A DNA stretch of 39,353 bases from a virus (IMGVR_UViG_3300034341_000088:1-39353); one strand, 5' to 3'. Numbered from the stretch's first letter, positions 16,117-26,285 are shown. The notes: generated from the sequence alone by a model not told the origin. A program made the numbers and translations.

Positions 16117-16576
16117 TTACCGTTCTGGATTTGAAGAGACATTAGCATCTCAGCTTAAGCGAGGTGGTGTTAACTTTGAATACGAAACAGTTAAGTTAAA
16201 GTATGTTAAGACAGCTACATACACTCCCGACTTCATCTTACCTAACGGCATTATCATAGAAGCTAAAGGTTTATGGACGGCGGAGGATAGAACTAAACAT
16301 ATACTTATAAGAGAGCAACATCCTCACCTTGATATACGCATGGTGTTTATGAATGCTAACAATAAGTTACGTAAAGGAAGTAACACCACCTACGCTCGCT
16401 GGTGCGAAAAGAAAAACATACAATATGCACACAAAACTATACCTAAATCATGGCTTTTACAGCAACACACCAACCATGCAATAAGTGCGGAAGTTCAGAC
16501 GCCCTCTCCATTAACGACGACGGTAGCACCCATTGTTTCAGTTGCGACGATCACACTGGAGGAGACAGAGGAATAA
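16076..16576 (+). CDS. Endonuclease I / Holliday junction resolvase (T7 gp3-like)
   Basis: YRSGFE, YTPDFILPNGIIIEAKG, DR.KH, HP.LDIRMVF, TYA.WC. Start uncertain (16052 or 16076). Confidence 0.93.
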   Translation: MRKRRKKRPQRTSNYRSGFEETLASQLKRGGVNFEYETVKLKYVKTATYTPDFILPNGIIIEAKGLWTAEDRTKHILIREQHPHLDIRMVFMNANNKLRKGSNTTYARWCEKKNIQYAHKTIPKSWLLQQHTNHAISAEVQTPSPLTTTVAPIVSVATITLEETEE

Positions 16577-18033
16577 ATAAACAAACCAACACCCCAACAC
16601 CGAGAGATTATGTACAAGGAGAACCCGAAGCGATAGCCCGACGCAGTCTTACCGAAGACACCTGTCGGAAGTGGGGCTACTGGTTGGGCAGTCATAACGG
16701 ACAGCCTTGCCAGATAGCTAACTATAAAACTAGAGACGGTAAGACTTGCGGTCAGAAGATACGCTACGCCAACAAACAATTCGCTATTAAAGGAGAGCTG
16801 ATCGGGTTATATGGTCAGCACCTATGGCGTGACGGAGGACGGCGTGTCGTGGTAGTGGAAGGAGAGATCGATGCACTTAGTACGTCCCAAGCTATGGATA
16901 ACAAGTGGCCTGTAGTATCTGTGCCTAACGGAGCCGGAGCAGCAAAAAAATTTGTAGCTCAAGCTATCGATTGGTTAGACAGGTACGAACAAGTAGTCTT
17001 CTGTTTTGATATGGACGATGTCGGACGCAAGGGAGCAGCTGAATGTGCAGCACTTCTAACCCCAGGCAAAGCACGAATCGCAGAGCTACCACTCAAAGAC
17101 CCGAACGATATGTTAGTAGCTGGACGAGCTAAGGAGTTAGTCAGTTGCTTGTTCGATGCACGTGAGTACAGACCAGACGGTATCGTAAACGGGCAAGAGT
17201 TGTGGGATGTTATAGCTGATAAAGAACACAGTAAATCTATACCGTATCCTTACAATGGATTGAATGAGTTAACTCTAGGTATGCGACAAGGCGAACTAGT
17301 AACCGTATGTGCGGGTAGTGGGATTGGGAAGTCCTTGTTCTGTCGAGAGATCGCTCATCATATACTAGGGTTAAACGAGAAGGTAGGATACATAGCACTA
17401 GAGGAGTCAGTCAGGCGGACGGCACTTGGTATCATGGGTATCCACATCAACAAACCTATCCACTTAGAAGAGGACGACACAAGTGAGGAGGTACTACGAC
17501 CTGCGTTTGAAGAGACGGTAGGTAACGGGAACTTCTACACCTACGATCATTTCGGTAGTATGGATAGCGATAACCTGTTAAGTAAGATCAAGTATCTAAT
17601 TAAAGGATACGATTGTAAGTGGATATTCTTGGACCATCTATCTATTGTAGTTAGTGGTATCCAAGGAGACGACGAGCGTCGCTTGATTGATAACACAATG
17701 ACCAAGCTTAGAAGTCTAGTCGAAGAGACAGGCTGCGGTATGGTACTAGTGTCTCACCTAAAGCGTGTCGATAGCGGACACGAAGAAGGAGGACGAGTAA
17801 GTCTTCACCACCTACGTGGGTCACAAGCTATAGCACAACTCTCTGATATTGTTATAGGACTGGAGCGTAACCAACAGAGTGAGACAATCAGTAACGAAAC
17901 AAGAGTACGTGTATTGAAGAATAGATTCAGCGGACAGACAGGACACTGTGACACACTACACTACGACAATGCTTCTGGACGATACAGTCCTGATGTGTTT
18001 AAACCAAGCGATGAAACCAATAACCCATTCTAA
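16450..18033 (+). CDS. Primase-helicase (T7 gp4-like)
   Basis: CNKCGSSD...CFSC zinc finger, TOPRIM EGEIDA / FDMD..G, AGSGIGKS, LDHL, VSHL, LRGS, KNRFSG. Confidence 0.97.
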   Translation: MAFTATHQPCNKCGSSDALSINDDGSTHCFSCDDHTGGDRGINKQTNTPTPRDYVQGEPEAIARRSLTEDTCRKWGYWLGSHNGQPCQIANYKTRDGKTCGQKIRYANKQFAIKGELIGLYGQHLWRDGGRRVVVVEGEIDALSTSQAMDNKWPVVSVPNGAGAAKKFVAQAIDWLDRYEQVVFCFDMDDVGRKGAAECAALLTPGKARIAELPLKDPNDMLVAGRAKELVSCLFDAREYRPDGIVNGQELWDVIADKEHSKSIPYPYNGLNELTLGMRQGELVTVCAGSGIGKSLFCREIAHHILGLNEKVGYIALEESVRRTALGIMGIHINKPIHLEEDDTSEEVLRPAFEETVGNGNFYTYDHFGSMDSDNLLSKIKYLIKGYDCKWIFLDHLSIVVSGIQGDDERRLIDNTMTKLRSLVEETGCGMVLVSHLKRVDSGHEEGGRVSLHHLRGSQAIAQLSDIVIGLERNQQSETISNETRVRVLKNRFSGQTGHCDTLHYDNASGRYSPDVFKPSDETNNPF

Positions 18034-18038
18034 ATAAT

Positions 18039-19904
18039 ATGACACGAACACTATTCTTTGATATAGAGACCAACAAGATTAACGATTGGGCTACACTCTC
18101 TGACGTACACACCTGCCATTGCTTATCGATCTACGATCCTATGCTCCCTAAGATGCTGACGTTTCACGGGGAAAGTATAGAGCGTGGCCTACTGATGCTA
18201 TCACAAGCAGAACGATTAGTCGGACACAACGTTATCGACTTCGATATACCGGCACTGAAGAAGCTCTACGGTTTCTCACCTCCACTAGTTAATGTACTTG
18301 ATACTCTTGTACTATCTAGGTGTACCTTCCCTGACCTTCGTAACGATGACTGGTCCCGCAACAACTTCGATAAGGAGTTAGTAGGTAGTCACAGCTTGAA
18401 GGCTTGGGGACACAGGATGGGTAGTGCTACTAAGTTAACATACGGAGAGGACGATGATGCGTTCGAGGTGTACGATGAAGAGATGCGTAAGTACTGTGAG
18501 CGAGATGTTATAGTAACACAGTTGTTATACGATCACTTGTTCAAACAAAACCCTAGCCCACAGATGATAGCCATCGAACATTGGTTTAAGTTTATCATCA
18601 GTCAACAGGAACGACACGGGTTTAAGTTAGACATGGACAAGGCTGACTACTTAACTGCCAAGCTTATGGGTATACGAGCCAAGCTAACTACTGACTTACA
18701 GACTCAATGGAAACCTACAAAGGTAGAGATGAAGAGTCCGGCAGGTTGGACGTTAACAACAGACCAAGCAACCTACGCAGGTAAGACTAAGAACGACATC
18801 AAGTTGAAGTTAAAGGAAGCGGGTGAAGTACAAGCTCTAGTTAAGAACGCAGTCAAGACAGGCAACGCAGTCAAAGAGATACCGTTTAATCCAGGCAGTC
18901 GTAAGCAGATAGCTGAACGCTTGATGTCTTTAGGTTACGAACTTCCCACTGAGAACGACGGTAAGACATACAAGGTAGATGAAGCTGTACTCAAAGGTAT
19001 CGATCATCCTATAGCAGCTGACTTGTTATCTTTTCTTTTAGTACAGAAGAGACTAGGTCAGTTAGCTGAAGGTCAACAAGCTTGGTTAAAGCTACAGAAG
19101 AACGGAGTTATACACGGGAGAGTAAATACTAACGGTGCAGTAACAGGTAGATGTACACACAGCACACCCAATGTAGCACAAGTACCAAGTGTACGAGCTG
19201 ACTACGGTAAGGAGTGTCGTGAGTTATTCACAGTGCGTAAAGGTTACAAGTTAGTAGGCTGTGACGCTAGCGGTTTAGAACTACGTATGCTTGCACATTA
19301 CATGGCGTTCTACGATCGTGGTGAGTACGCTAAGATTGTAACTGAAGGAGATGTACATACCGTCAATCAGAAGGCAGCAGGACTAGAGACTAGAGACCAA
19401 GCTAAGACTATGATCTATGCACTTCTCTACGGAGCGGGTGACCACAAGATGGGAGAAATTATAGGAGGCGGTGCAAGAGAAGGACAACAACTCAAGCGTA
19501 AGTTCTTCAGTAGTCTACCAGCACTCGCTCGTTTACAAACTGATGTACAACGCAAGACGAAAGCAGGTGGAGAACTTAAAGGTTTAGACGGACGCATCCT
19601 GCCTATACGCAGCAGTCACGCAGCTCTCAATATGTTATTACAAAGTGCTGGTGCTGTATGTATGAAGGTAGCTTTGATCCAATTGTTTCATAAGCTTAAC
19701 CAACTGAAGTGGCAACACGGTAGAGAGTATAGCTTTGTAGCTAACGTACACGATGAGTTCCAAGCTGAGGTAGTGCCAGATAAAGCACAGACGTTTGGAG
19801 TGTTAGCAGTCGAAGCTATAGCAGCAGCAGGTAGACAGTTGAAGATGAACGTACAGTTAGATGGTGAGTTCAAGATCGGTAACAACTGGGCGGAGACACA
19901 CTAA
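18039..19904 (+). CDS. Family A DNA polymerase (T7 gp5-like)
   Basis: Exonuclease FDIET, GHN...FD, YC..DV; polymerase DASGLELR, RDQAKTMIYALLYG (Tyr at the T7 Y526-equivalent site), NVHDE. Confidence 0.97.
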   Translation: MTRTLFFDIETNKINDWATLSDVHTCHCLSIYDPMLPKMLTFHGESIERGLLMLSQAERLVGHNVIDFDIPALKKLYGFSPPLVNVLDTLVLSRCTFPDLRNDDWSRNNFDKELVGSHSLKAWGHRMGSATKLTYGEDDDAFEVYDEEMRKYCERDVIVTQLLYDHLFKQNPSPQMIAIEHWFKFIISQQERHGFKLDMDKADYLTAKLMGIRAKLTTDLQTQWKPTKVEMKSPAGWTLTTDQATYAGKTKNDIKLKLKEAGEVQALVKNAVKTGNAVKEIPFNPGSRKQIAERLMSLGYELPTENDGKTYKVDEAVLKGIDHPIAADLLSFLLVQKRLGQLAEGQQAWLKLQKNGVIHGRVNTNGAVTGRCTHSTPNVAQVPSVRADYGKECRELFTVRKGYKLVGCDASGLELRMLAHYMAFYDRGEYAKIVTEGDVHTVNQKAAGLETRDQAKTMIYALLYGAGDHKMGEIIGGGAREGQQLKRKFFSSLPALARLQTDVQRKTKAGGELKGLDGRILPIRSSHAALNMLLQSAGAVCMKVALIQLFHKLNQLKWQHGREYSFVANVHDEFQAEVVPDKAQTFGVLAVEAIAAAGRQLKMNVQLDGEFKIGNNWAETH

Positions 19905-19907
19905 CAG

Positions 19908-20369
19908 ATGGACGAAATACAATACGATAGTTACACTACGCTTGCCACCCTATACGACACCCAAGACTTAACCATGCCATCATCAAACGCACAGAGAATA
20001 GGAGCTATAGCAGAGACACGTTTCGTAGCTGAATGCTTAGAGAGAGACTTCGAGCCGCACACACCTACAACACCTATGCCTTGGGACTTCATCGTTCACT
20101 GTCCGGCAGGTGATCTAAAGGTGCAAGTAAAGAGTACGTCAACGAAAGTTGGAAACCACTACGCAGTTAACACAGGTACAGGCACAGGCACTAAGGAACA
20201 TATGTCAGATGTTATCGATGTAGTAGCTATATACATAGCACCTCTTAAACAATGGTGGATGATGCCAAGGAATGCAGTGACTAGTAAAACAATTAAGCTG
20301 TATCCTATCAACCCAACTAAATCAAGATTCAAAAAATACCAAGACAACTGGAGCATATATTATGAGTAA
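19908..20369 (+). CDS. PD-(D/E)XK endonuclease (homing-type, PDDEXK_5-like)
   Basis: GAIAE..F, PWDFIV, KVQVKS, D..A.Y pattern; start may be the internal MPSS. Confidence 0.75.
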   Translation: MDEIQYDSYTTLATLYDTQDLTMPSSNAQRIGAIAETRFVAECLERDFEPHTPTTPMPWDFIVHCPAGDLKVQVKSTSTKVGNHYAVNTGTGTGTKEHMSDVIDVVAIYIAPLKQWWMMPRNAVTSKTIKLYPINPTKSRFKKYQDNWSIYYE

Positions 20370-21279
20370 AACAACATTATTAATAGACGCAGATGTCCTA
20401 GCTTTTGAAGCATCTGTTGTCGCAGAAGAATCAATCAACTGGAAGGACGAGATGTGGACAGTACACGCAGACATGGCCTTAGCTAAAGCTCGTGTGATTA
20501 ACAGGATAGAAGAGTTCAAGGAACAATTAAAGACTGAGTATGTCGTACTGTGCTTGAGTGATCGTGCTAACTTCCGTCGTAAACTTAATCCTGACTACAA
20601 ATCCAATCGTTCTAAGTCTCGTTTGCCTATCATCTTACGACAGGTAAAGAAGTGGATCATCGATGAACTAGGTGGTGTGATGTGGGATAACTTAGAAGCT
20701 GATGATGTTATATCTATCTTAGCTACCGACAAAGGCATGGATGAAGAAACGATTATAGTATCTATAGACAAGGACTTCAAAGGAGTACCTGGAATATACT
20801 ACGACTATAACCGTGGAGAGTACCATCAACCAAGTGAAGAGGAAGCGGATAACTTTCATTTGATACAAGCAATAACAGGAGATGTAACAGATGGATTCAA
20901 GGGAGTACCTAAGATGGGACCAGTCACAGCTAAGAAAGCTTTAGAGAAAGACGGGTACACTTGGGAGACTGTAGTAAAGTGCTACGAGAAAGCAGGACTC
21001 ACAGAACAAGACGCATTGATGAACGCTTGGATGGCACGACTACTACGAGCAGATAACTATTGCTTCAGAACAAATACAATTAAAAAATTATGGATACCAA
21101 AGAACTACCAAACCAAGGATATACTAAAGATTTCTCAACAGGGGCTAAGCGTGACGGGGACATTGGACGGGGACGACCCAGCCTTATTCCTCCAATCGCC
21201 TTACGCAGTCTCGCCAAACGATTTGAAGATGGCGGAAAGCTTTACGGAGACAACAACTGGAAGCAAGGCTTCCCACTAA
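20362..21279 (+). CDS. 5'-3' exonuclease (T7 gp6-like)
   Basis: LLIDAD, NFR...PDYKSNR, LEADD, SIDKD, GD.TDG..GVP..G. Confidence 0.93.
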   Translation: MSKTTLLIDADVLAFEASVVAEESINWKDEMWTVHADMALAKARVINRIEEFKEQLKTEYVVLCLSDRANFRRKLNPDYKSNRSKSRLPIILRQVKKWIIDELGGVMWDNLEADDVISILATDKGMDEETIIVSIDKDFKGVPGIYYDYNRGEYHQPSEEEADNFHLIQAITGDVTDGFKGVPKMGPVTAKKALEKDGYTWETVVKCYEKAGLTEQDALMNAWMARLLRADNYCFRTNTIKKLWIPKNYQTKDILKISQQGLSVTGTLDGDDPALFLQSPYAVSPNDLKMAESFTETTTGSKASH

Positions 21280-21458
21280 GTAGATTGTATGATAGTATTT
21301 TTAGACATCTGTTGGCGTTGGGGGAGGGCGATAGTACTGAGGACCATGCGGCAGCTATCCTTTGGAATGCGTCAGCTTGGGCGTGGACAGAAGAACAAAT
21401 CAAGAACGGTAAACTCCCGAAGGAGCTAGACGATCTAGGATATAGAGAACATGAGTAA
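21090..21458 (+). CDS. dATP/dGTP diphosphohydrolase-domain protein (DUF5664-like)
   Basis: FSTGAKRD...GRPSLIPP, G..LYG..NW.QG, DS..RH, EDHAAAILWN. Confidence 0.75.
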   Translation: MDTKELPNQGYTKDFSTGAKRDGDIGRGRPSLIPPIALRSLAKRFEDGGKLYGDNNWKQGFPLSRLYDSIFRHLLALGEGDSTEDHAAAILWNASAWAWTEEQIKNGKLPKELDDLGYREHE

Positions 21459-21654
21459 CGAAGAAATAGTACTACCTGCTCTGTCACAAGAGCTTATCAA
21501 TAAACTTGACAAACTGTTCCCACATAAATGTCCCCTCTTGACAGACGAAGACAGAGTGATATGGTATAAGTCAGGACAACGTCATGTAATTGACTACCTC
21601 CAACAGACTTACGACGAACAACTTCAACAAGATATAGTAACCAAACAAGTATAG
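21451..21654 (+). CDS. Conserved small podovirus protein (gp6.5-position)
   Basis: LINKLDKLFP...IWYKSGQRHVIDYL pattern seen at this position in T7-like phages. Confidence 0.65.
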   Translation: MSNEEIVLPALSQELINKLDKLFPHKCPLLTDEDRVIWYKSGQRHVIDYLQQTYDEQLQQDIVTKQV

Positions 21655-21662
21655 AATTAGCC

Positions 21663-21887
21663 ATGTGTTTTTCACAACCTAAGATGCCAGCGATGCCAGA
21701 GATTCCACCACCTCCGCCGCCTCCTGCACCACCTCCACCTCCATTAGCTATGGCTAAGAAAGCACCAACAAAGCGAGCTACTCAACCTACTAAACGTCGT
21801 AGAGGTACGGCTCAAGTTACTGCTCGTCGTCGTCCTAGTATCGGAATGGGTGGAAGCGGCGGTACTGGCGTACAGTTTTCTCCATAG
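21663..21887 (+). CDS. Pro-rich virion protein (gp6.7/7.3-like)
   Basis: MCF..PKMP, poly-Pro, RRRGT...G-rich end; upstream of the portal. Confidence 0.65.
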   Translation: MCFSQPKMPAMPEIPPPPPPPAPPPPPLAMAKKAPTKRATQPTKRRRGTAQVTARRRPSIGMGGSGGTGVQFSP

Positions 21888-21917
21888 TAGTAAATAAACA
21901 AAGTAATATAAATAAAT

Positions 21918-22241
21918 ATGAGTCTTCGCACACTTGATAAAAAGACTTTACTCTCAGATGGCACTTCGTCAGGGGCGGGTAATAGTTTCTCAGTTGAGCG
22001 TTCTAAGGGATGGACGTTCTTAATAGCAACCACAGTAGCAGGTACTGCAACAGTAGACATCGAAGCCTACTTCAGTGAGTCCTCAGCTTGGCACGTTATT
22101 CACAGTCAATCTGTTACAACGGACGGATCAATTATGATTCGTGACGACCACGGACACTACGAAAAGATTAGAGCTAACATCAGTGCTTACACATCTGGAA
22201 CTCATAGCGTCTACGCTTCCGGTACTGTTGACTCTCTATAA
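21918..22241 (+). CDS. All-beta hypothetical structural protein
   Basis: 107 aa, alternating beta pattern, first gene of the inserted cassette. Confidence 0.6.
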   Translation: MSLRTLDKKTLLSDGTSSGAGNSFSVERSKGWTFLIATTVAGTATVDIEAYFSESSAWHVIHSQSVTTDGSIMIRDDHGHYEKIRANISAYTSGTHSVYASGTVDSL

Positions 22242-22244
22242 GGA

Positions 22245-22790
22245 ATGTCATTACTTCTCACACCGTCGATAGAGAAACCTAGCAACATAACACCGTTGCC
22301 CGGTAACTTCGTTCGACCTGCTTTTGAAAAGCTCTACGGATTTGACGCTGTAGTTGAAGGTTTAGGTTCGTCTACTATAACAGCTACTCTCGACGCTAAC
22401 CTAGAAGATGTAGACTTATCTTGTACGACTGTTACTAATGCCGTCAGCTACGAGTTTCAAAGGGACGATAACAGTGGTTTTAGTTCACCTACTACATTAC
22501 AAAACACATCGTCTACTACATTTACAGATAGTCCTACTCCCGGTTCTACTTATTATTATAGGGTGATAGCTACCGACGGTGTCGATACAAGTACTTCTAA
22601 TACAGCTTCTTTGCTTGTGACTGGTATATTTGATAGCTCTCTAACATTCCCTACTATTCAAGTGTTCGATTTACAAGCTACATTTATTAAGAAAACCTAC
22701 GCCCCTAATTACACTATCGTCCACGCTAAAGACACGGACAACATATGCGTTTACAACGGCACACAATGGGCAACCTTTAACAACGATTAG
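22245..22790 (+). CDS. Fibronectin type III domain protein with C-terminal beta-prism-like repeat
   Basis: VDLS....AVSYEFQR...TFTD...PGSTYYYRVIA; C-terminal IVHAKDTDNICVYNGTQW. Confidence 0.75.
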   Translation: MSLLLTPSIEKPSNITPLPGNFVRPAFEKLYGFDAVVEGLGSSTITATLDANLEDVDLSCTTVTNAVSYEFQRDDNSGFSSPTTLQNTSSTTFTDSPTPGSTYYYRVIATDGVDTSTSNTASLLVTGIFDSSLTFPTIQVFDLQATFIKKTYAPNYTIVHAKDTDNICVYNGTQWATFNND

Positions 22791-22792
22791 AC

Positions 22793-23650
22793 ATGAGTAC
22801 ATTAACAGCAACAACTGAAGGCAACAATCCAACGCTAGGTGCGGGTGATGTAGGTAAAAGTTATTTCGAGACAGATACTAATAAGATTCTAGTTTGGGAC
22901 GGTTCCAACTTTATGAAGTATGAAACTGATAGTGCGATTGGAGGTGCTTTCAATAACGAATACGCGGTACGATTTGATGGAGCAAGCGACTACTTTCAAA
23001 GCTCATCAAGTCAGTCATACACATTAGGAACGCTGTCGCTTTGGTTCAAGTTAGATAACGCTGAAGCCTCTGACCATAATCCTCCTCAAGCTTTAATGGG
23101 ATTTAATGGTAGTTACTTTGGTTTAGTTATAGGGGGCGACACAGGTTCAGTTGCGAATGAGTTAATCATGTTTAGATCTCCCACAGGCCATGATTATGCT
23201 TATACTATTTCAGGTGGCTCGATGAACACAGATTGGCACTTCTTAGCAGTCACCTGGAATAGTTCTAGTAGTGAATATGAAATCTACATCGACCAATCAG
23301 GAACAATGACTCAGGTTCAAAATACCAAGACAGGTACAGGACACACTCAAGCAACAGTTAACGATGTTATGATAGGACATCGAGATATAAATACTGGATA
23401 CTTAGACGGTTTGATTGATGAAGTAGCTATCTTTAGTCAGTCCATGACACAATCACAGATTCAAGCCCTTTATAACAGCGGAGTGCCTAGTGATCTTACC
23501 AGTCTAACTCCTACATCGTGGTGGAGAATGGATAGCGGCTCTTCTGTTATTGATCAAAACACAACAACTGGAAATAATCTTAGCGTGGGAGGAGGGTCGC
23601 CTTCGCTGCATGATTTAAGTTTAGCCCCAGACCCCATCTATATACCGTAA
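22793..23650 (+). CDS. Second LamG / concanavalin-A-like protein
   Basis: AVRFDGASDY, SLWFK, WHFLAVTW, GLIDEVAIF.....QI.ALYNSG, WWRMD. Confidence 0.8.
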   Translation: MSTLTATTEGNNPTLGAGDVGKSYFETDTNKILVWDGSNFMKYETDSAIGGAFNNEYAVRFDGASDYFQSSSSQSYTLGTLSLWFKLDNAEASDHNPPQALMGFNGSYFGLVIGGDTGSVANELIMFRSPTGHDYAYTISGGSMNTDWHFLAVTWNSSSSEYEIYIDQSGTMTQVQNTKTGTGHTQATVNDVMIGHRDINTGYLDGLIDEVAIFSQSMTQSQIQALYNSGVPSDLTSLTPTSWWRMDSGSSVIDQNTTTGNNLSVGGGSPSLHDLSLAPDPIYIP

Positions 23651-23877
23651 TGAGAAAATATGTAATTATTAACACATCCGATTTAAGTGCTGTGGACTTT
23701 AATCAAGTATTAGAAGCGGATGAAACTAAACTTCGTTACTCTGTGGACGGCACTAAGACATTTGTAAAGTACGAAGAGGAACAGCCCTCATCCCTAACAG
23801 GTAAAACGGAACATACAAACTCCGAGATACTTGCGATTCTAGCGGGTGACGAGTGGACGACCGAACAGCAAGACTGA
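23650..23877 (+). CDS. Conserved small partner protein of the LamG gene (paralog of 5492..5728)
   Basis: RKYVIIN...VDFNQVLE...LRYSVDG.KTFVKYE...EW. Confidence 0.8.
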   Translation: MRKYVIINTSDLSAVDFNQVLEADETKLRYSVDGTKTFVKYEEEQPSSLTGKTEHTNSEILAILAGDEWTTEQQD

Positions 23878-25436
23878 TGCACGAGACAGCTCAAGGGTTA
23901 TACCACAGTTTAGAGAACCAACGTCACTCTTTCTTAGATCGAGGTCGTACTTCTTCTGAGCTTACACTTCCTTATGTCTTACCACCTGACGGTCATAGTC
24001 ACGCTAGTAAGTACTACACACCTTATCAAGGTATAGGAGCTAGAGGTGTACTCAATCTAAGTAGTAAGTTATTACTGGCATTACTTCCACCTAACGCTCC
24101 CTTCTTCCGACTTGTTATAGATAAGTATGAGTTGGATAAAGCTAGGGAAGACTTAGGAGCAGAAGGAGCCGAACAACTACGAACTGATTTAGAGAAAGCA
24201 TTAGCTGATGTAGAGCGTAGTGTATCACAAGAAGTAGAAGTACAGAACTTTAGGAACGGTATCTTTCAAGCACTTAAGAACTTACTGGTTACTGGCAACT
24301 CTTTGTTATATCTACCTGACGAAGGTGGTATGCGTGTCTTTAAACTTGATCGTTATGTTATTAAGCGTGATCCAATGGGTAACGTTACACACATAGCTAT
24401 TAAAGAAACTGTAGCTCCAATGATGCTCCCTGAGAGTGTACGTGAAGAAGTATACAGACAGGAAAAGGAAAACACTTGTGATCTATACACAGCGGTAATA
24501 CGAGAAGGCGATCACTTCAATGTACATCAAGATGTCAAAGGTATCCTCATCGAAGAAAGTGTGGGTAAGTATCCAATCGATAAGTCCCCGTGGCTCCCGT
24601 TACGTTACACCCAGATTGATGGAGAGGACTACGGCAGGGGATTTGTTGAAGAGTACATCGGAGACCTCAAGTCGTTGGAAGCACTTACAAAAGCTATCGT
24701 CGAAGGTAGTGCAGCTGCTGCTAAAGTATTGTTCATGGTCAACCCGAATGGTACAACAAGATCGAGAACCTTAGCAGAAGCACCTAACGGAGCAATCGTA
24801 CAAGGTAGTGAAGCAGATGTATCTGTATTACAGCTTAATAAGTTTAACGACTTCCGTACTGCTCAAGCTACTATGGCTGGTATAACAGATAGGTTGAGCC
24901 AAGCTTTCTTACTTACATCAGGAGTAGTTAGAGATGCAGAACGTGTAACAGCTGAAGAGATACGTATGCTCAGTCAAGAGTTAGAAGCTGCATTAGGTGG
25001 TCTTTACTCTTTGTTATCCCAGGAGCTACAGCTACCAATTGTTAATCGATTGATGGCTAAGATGTCTAAGGATAAACGACTACCTAAGATACCTAAAGAT
25101 ATTGTTAAGCCTACTATTGTTACTGGTGTTGAAGCTCTAGGTCGTGGTAATGATCTTAATAGATTAGATATGTTCCTAGCTGGAGCTAACCAAGTAGTAG
25201 GACCAGAAGCTGTAACTCAATACTTAAACGTTAGTGATTACTTTAAACGTCGTGCTACTGCTCTAGGTATAGAGACTGAAGGACTAATCAAGACGGAAGA
25301 AGAAATTCAACAAGCTATGCAGCAAGCTCAACAACAAGAGATGATGATGAAGTTGGGCGGACCTGCTGTAGCACCTGCTATCAATGCTGCACAAGAGCAG
25401 TACATGGCTCAACAAGCACCACCTCAAGAGGAATAA
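23877..25436 (+). CDS. Portal / head-to-tail connector (T7 gp8-like)
   Basis: LTLP, QGIGARG..NL.SKL.LAL.PP, GEDYGRG.VEEY.GDL, RDAERVTAEEIR, LGGLYS.LSQELQLP; ATG at 23877 via TGATG overlap. Confidence 0.97.
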   Translation: MHETAQGLYHSLENQRHSFLDRGRTSSELTLPYVLPPDGHSHASKYYTPYQGIGARGVLNLSSKLLLALLPPNAPFFRLVIDKYELDKAREDLGAEGAEQLRTDLEKALADVERSVSQEVEVQNFRNGIFQALKNLLVTGNSLLYLPDEGGMRVFKLDRYVIKRDPMGNVTHIAIKETVAPMMLPESVREEVYRQEKENTCDLYTAVIREGDHFNVHQDVKGILIEESVGKYPIDKSPWLPLRYTQIDGEDYGRGFVEEYIGDLKSLEALTKAIVEGSAAAAKVLFMVNPNGTTRSRTLAEAPNGAIVQGSEADVSVLQLNKFNDFRTAQATMAGITDRLSQAFLLTSGVVRDAERVTAEEIRMLSQELEAALGGLYSLLSQELQLPIVNRLMAKMSKDKRLPKIPKDIVKPTIVTGVEALGRGNDLNRLDMFLAGANQVVGPEAVTQYLNVSDYFKRRATALGIETEGLIKTEEEIQQAMQQAQQQEMMMKLGGPAVAPAINAAQEQYMAQQAPPQEE

Positions 25437-25442
25437 CAAACA

Positions 25443-26213
25443 ATGGCTGAATTACACCGAGTAGAGATAAATGAAAAAGCACCAAGCGAAATCGAACCCG
25501 AAGAAGAAACCAACACCGAGAGCGAGGAACTACCGCAAGAGCAAAGCGACCGCCCGGAATGGCTCCCAGAAAAGTTCAAGAGTCCAGAGGATATGTCGAA
25601 AGCGTACTCCGAATTGGAAAAGAAACTTGGACAAAGTCCTGAAGAAGGTACGGAAGAGTCTGAACAAGTTGAAGAGAAAGCTGAGGACCAAGAAGAACAA
25701 AGTGAAGAGAATACTAGTGAAGCATACCAAGCGGTTGCGGAAGCGAGTAAAGAGTTCTTTGAAAACGACGGTCAACTTAGTGAGGAAACTTATAACACTT
25801 TAGAAAAGGCTGGACTACCTAGAGACTTAGTAGATAGCTACGCCGCTGGTCAACAAGCTCTACAACAATCTGAAGAAGGACAAATCAAAAGCGTGGCTCA
25901 AGGGAACTACGAAGCGATGGCTGAGTGGGCGAACGACAATTTACCACAAGAAGAAATCGATGCTTTTGATGAAGCCGTCACAGGTGGTACAGTTTCGCAA
26001 GCTAAGTTAGCAGTCCAAGGACTGTACGCACGTTATCAAAACGAAGTAGGTGCAAAGCCAAAGCTTACGCAAGGAGGAGTCAATGGTGCATCTACTATGC
26101 CTTTTCGTTCTATGCAAGAACTTGCTCGTGCTCAATCAGACCCTCGATATAAGAGTGGAGATAAAGCTTATCACGAAGAGGTTGACAGACGTTTGCAAGT
26201 AAGTAGTATTTAG
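25443..26213 (+). CDS. Capsid scaffolding protein (T7 gp9-like)
   Basis: Acidic; RPEWLPEKF, AYSELEKKL, WA..NL, DPRY..GD.AY..EV. Confidence 0.92.
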   Translation: MAELHRVEINEKAPSEIEPEEETNTESEELPQEQSDRPEWLPEKFKSPEDMSKAYSELEKKLGQSPEEGTEESEQVEEKAEDQEEQSEENTSEAYQAVAEASKEFFENDGQLSEETYNTLEKAGLPRDLVDSYAAGQQALQQSEEGQIKSVAQGNYEAMAEWANDNLPQEEIDAFDEAVTGGTVSQAKLAVQGLYARYQNEVGAKPKLTQGGVNGASTMPFRSMQELARAQSDPRYKSGDKAYHEEVDRRLQVSSI

Positions 26214-26239
26214 TTGTTCATTCATATATAGGTAGAGTT

Positions 26240-26281
26240 CCCCTAGCGTTGGTTATTGGTTTGCTGACGCTAGGGGTTTTT
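26240..26281 (+). terminator. Intrinsic terminator after the scaffold gene
   Basis: cccctagcgttgg...ctgacgctagggg followed by ttttt. Confidence 0.8.
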
Positions 26282-26285
26282 CGTT

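Noticed and set aside
21090-21458. Z-genome (2-aminoadenine) pathway
   Set aside because: No PurZ- or DatZ-like gene was recognised; this domain alone is insufficient.
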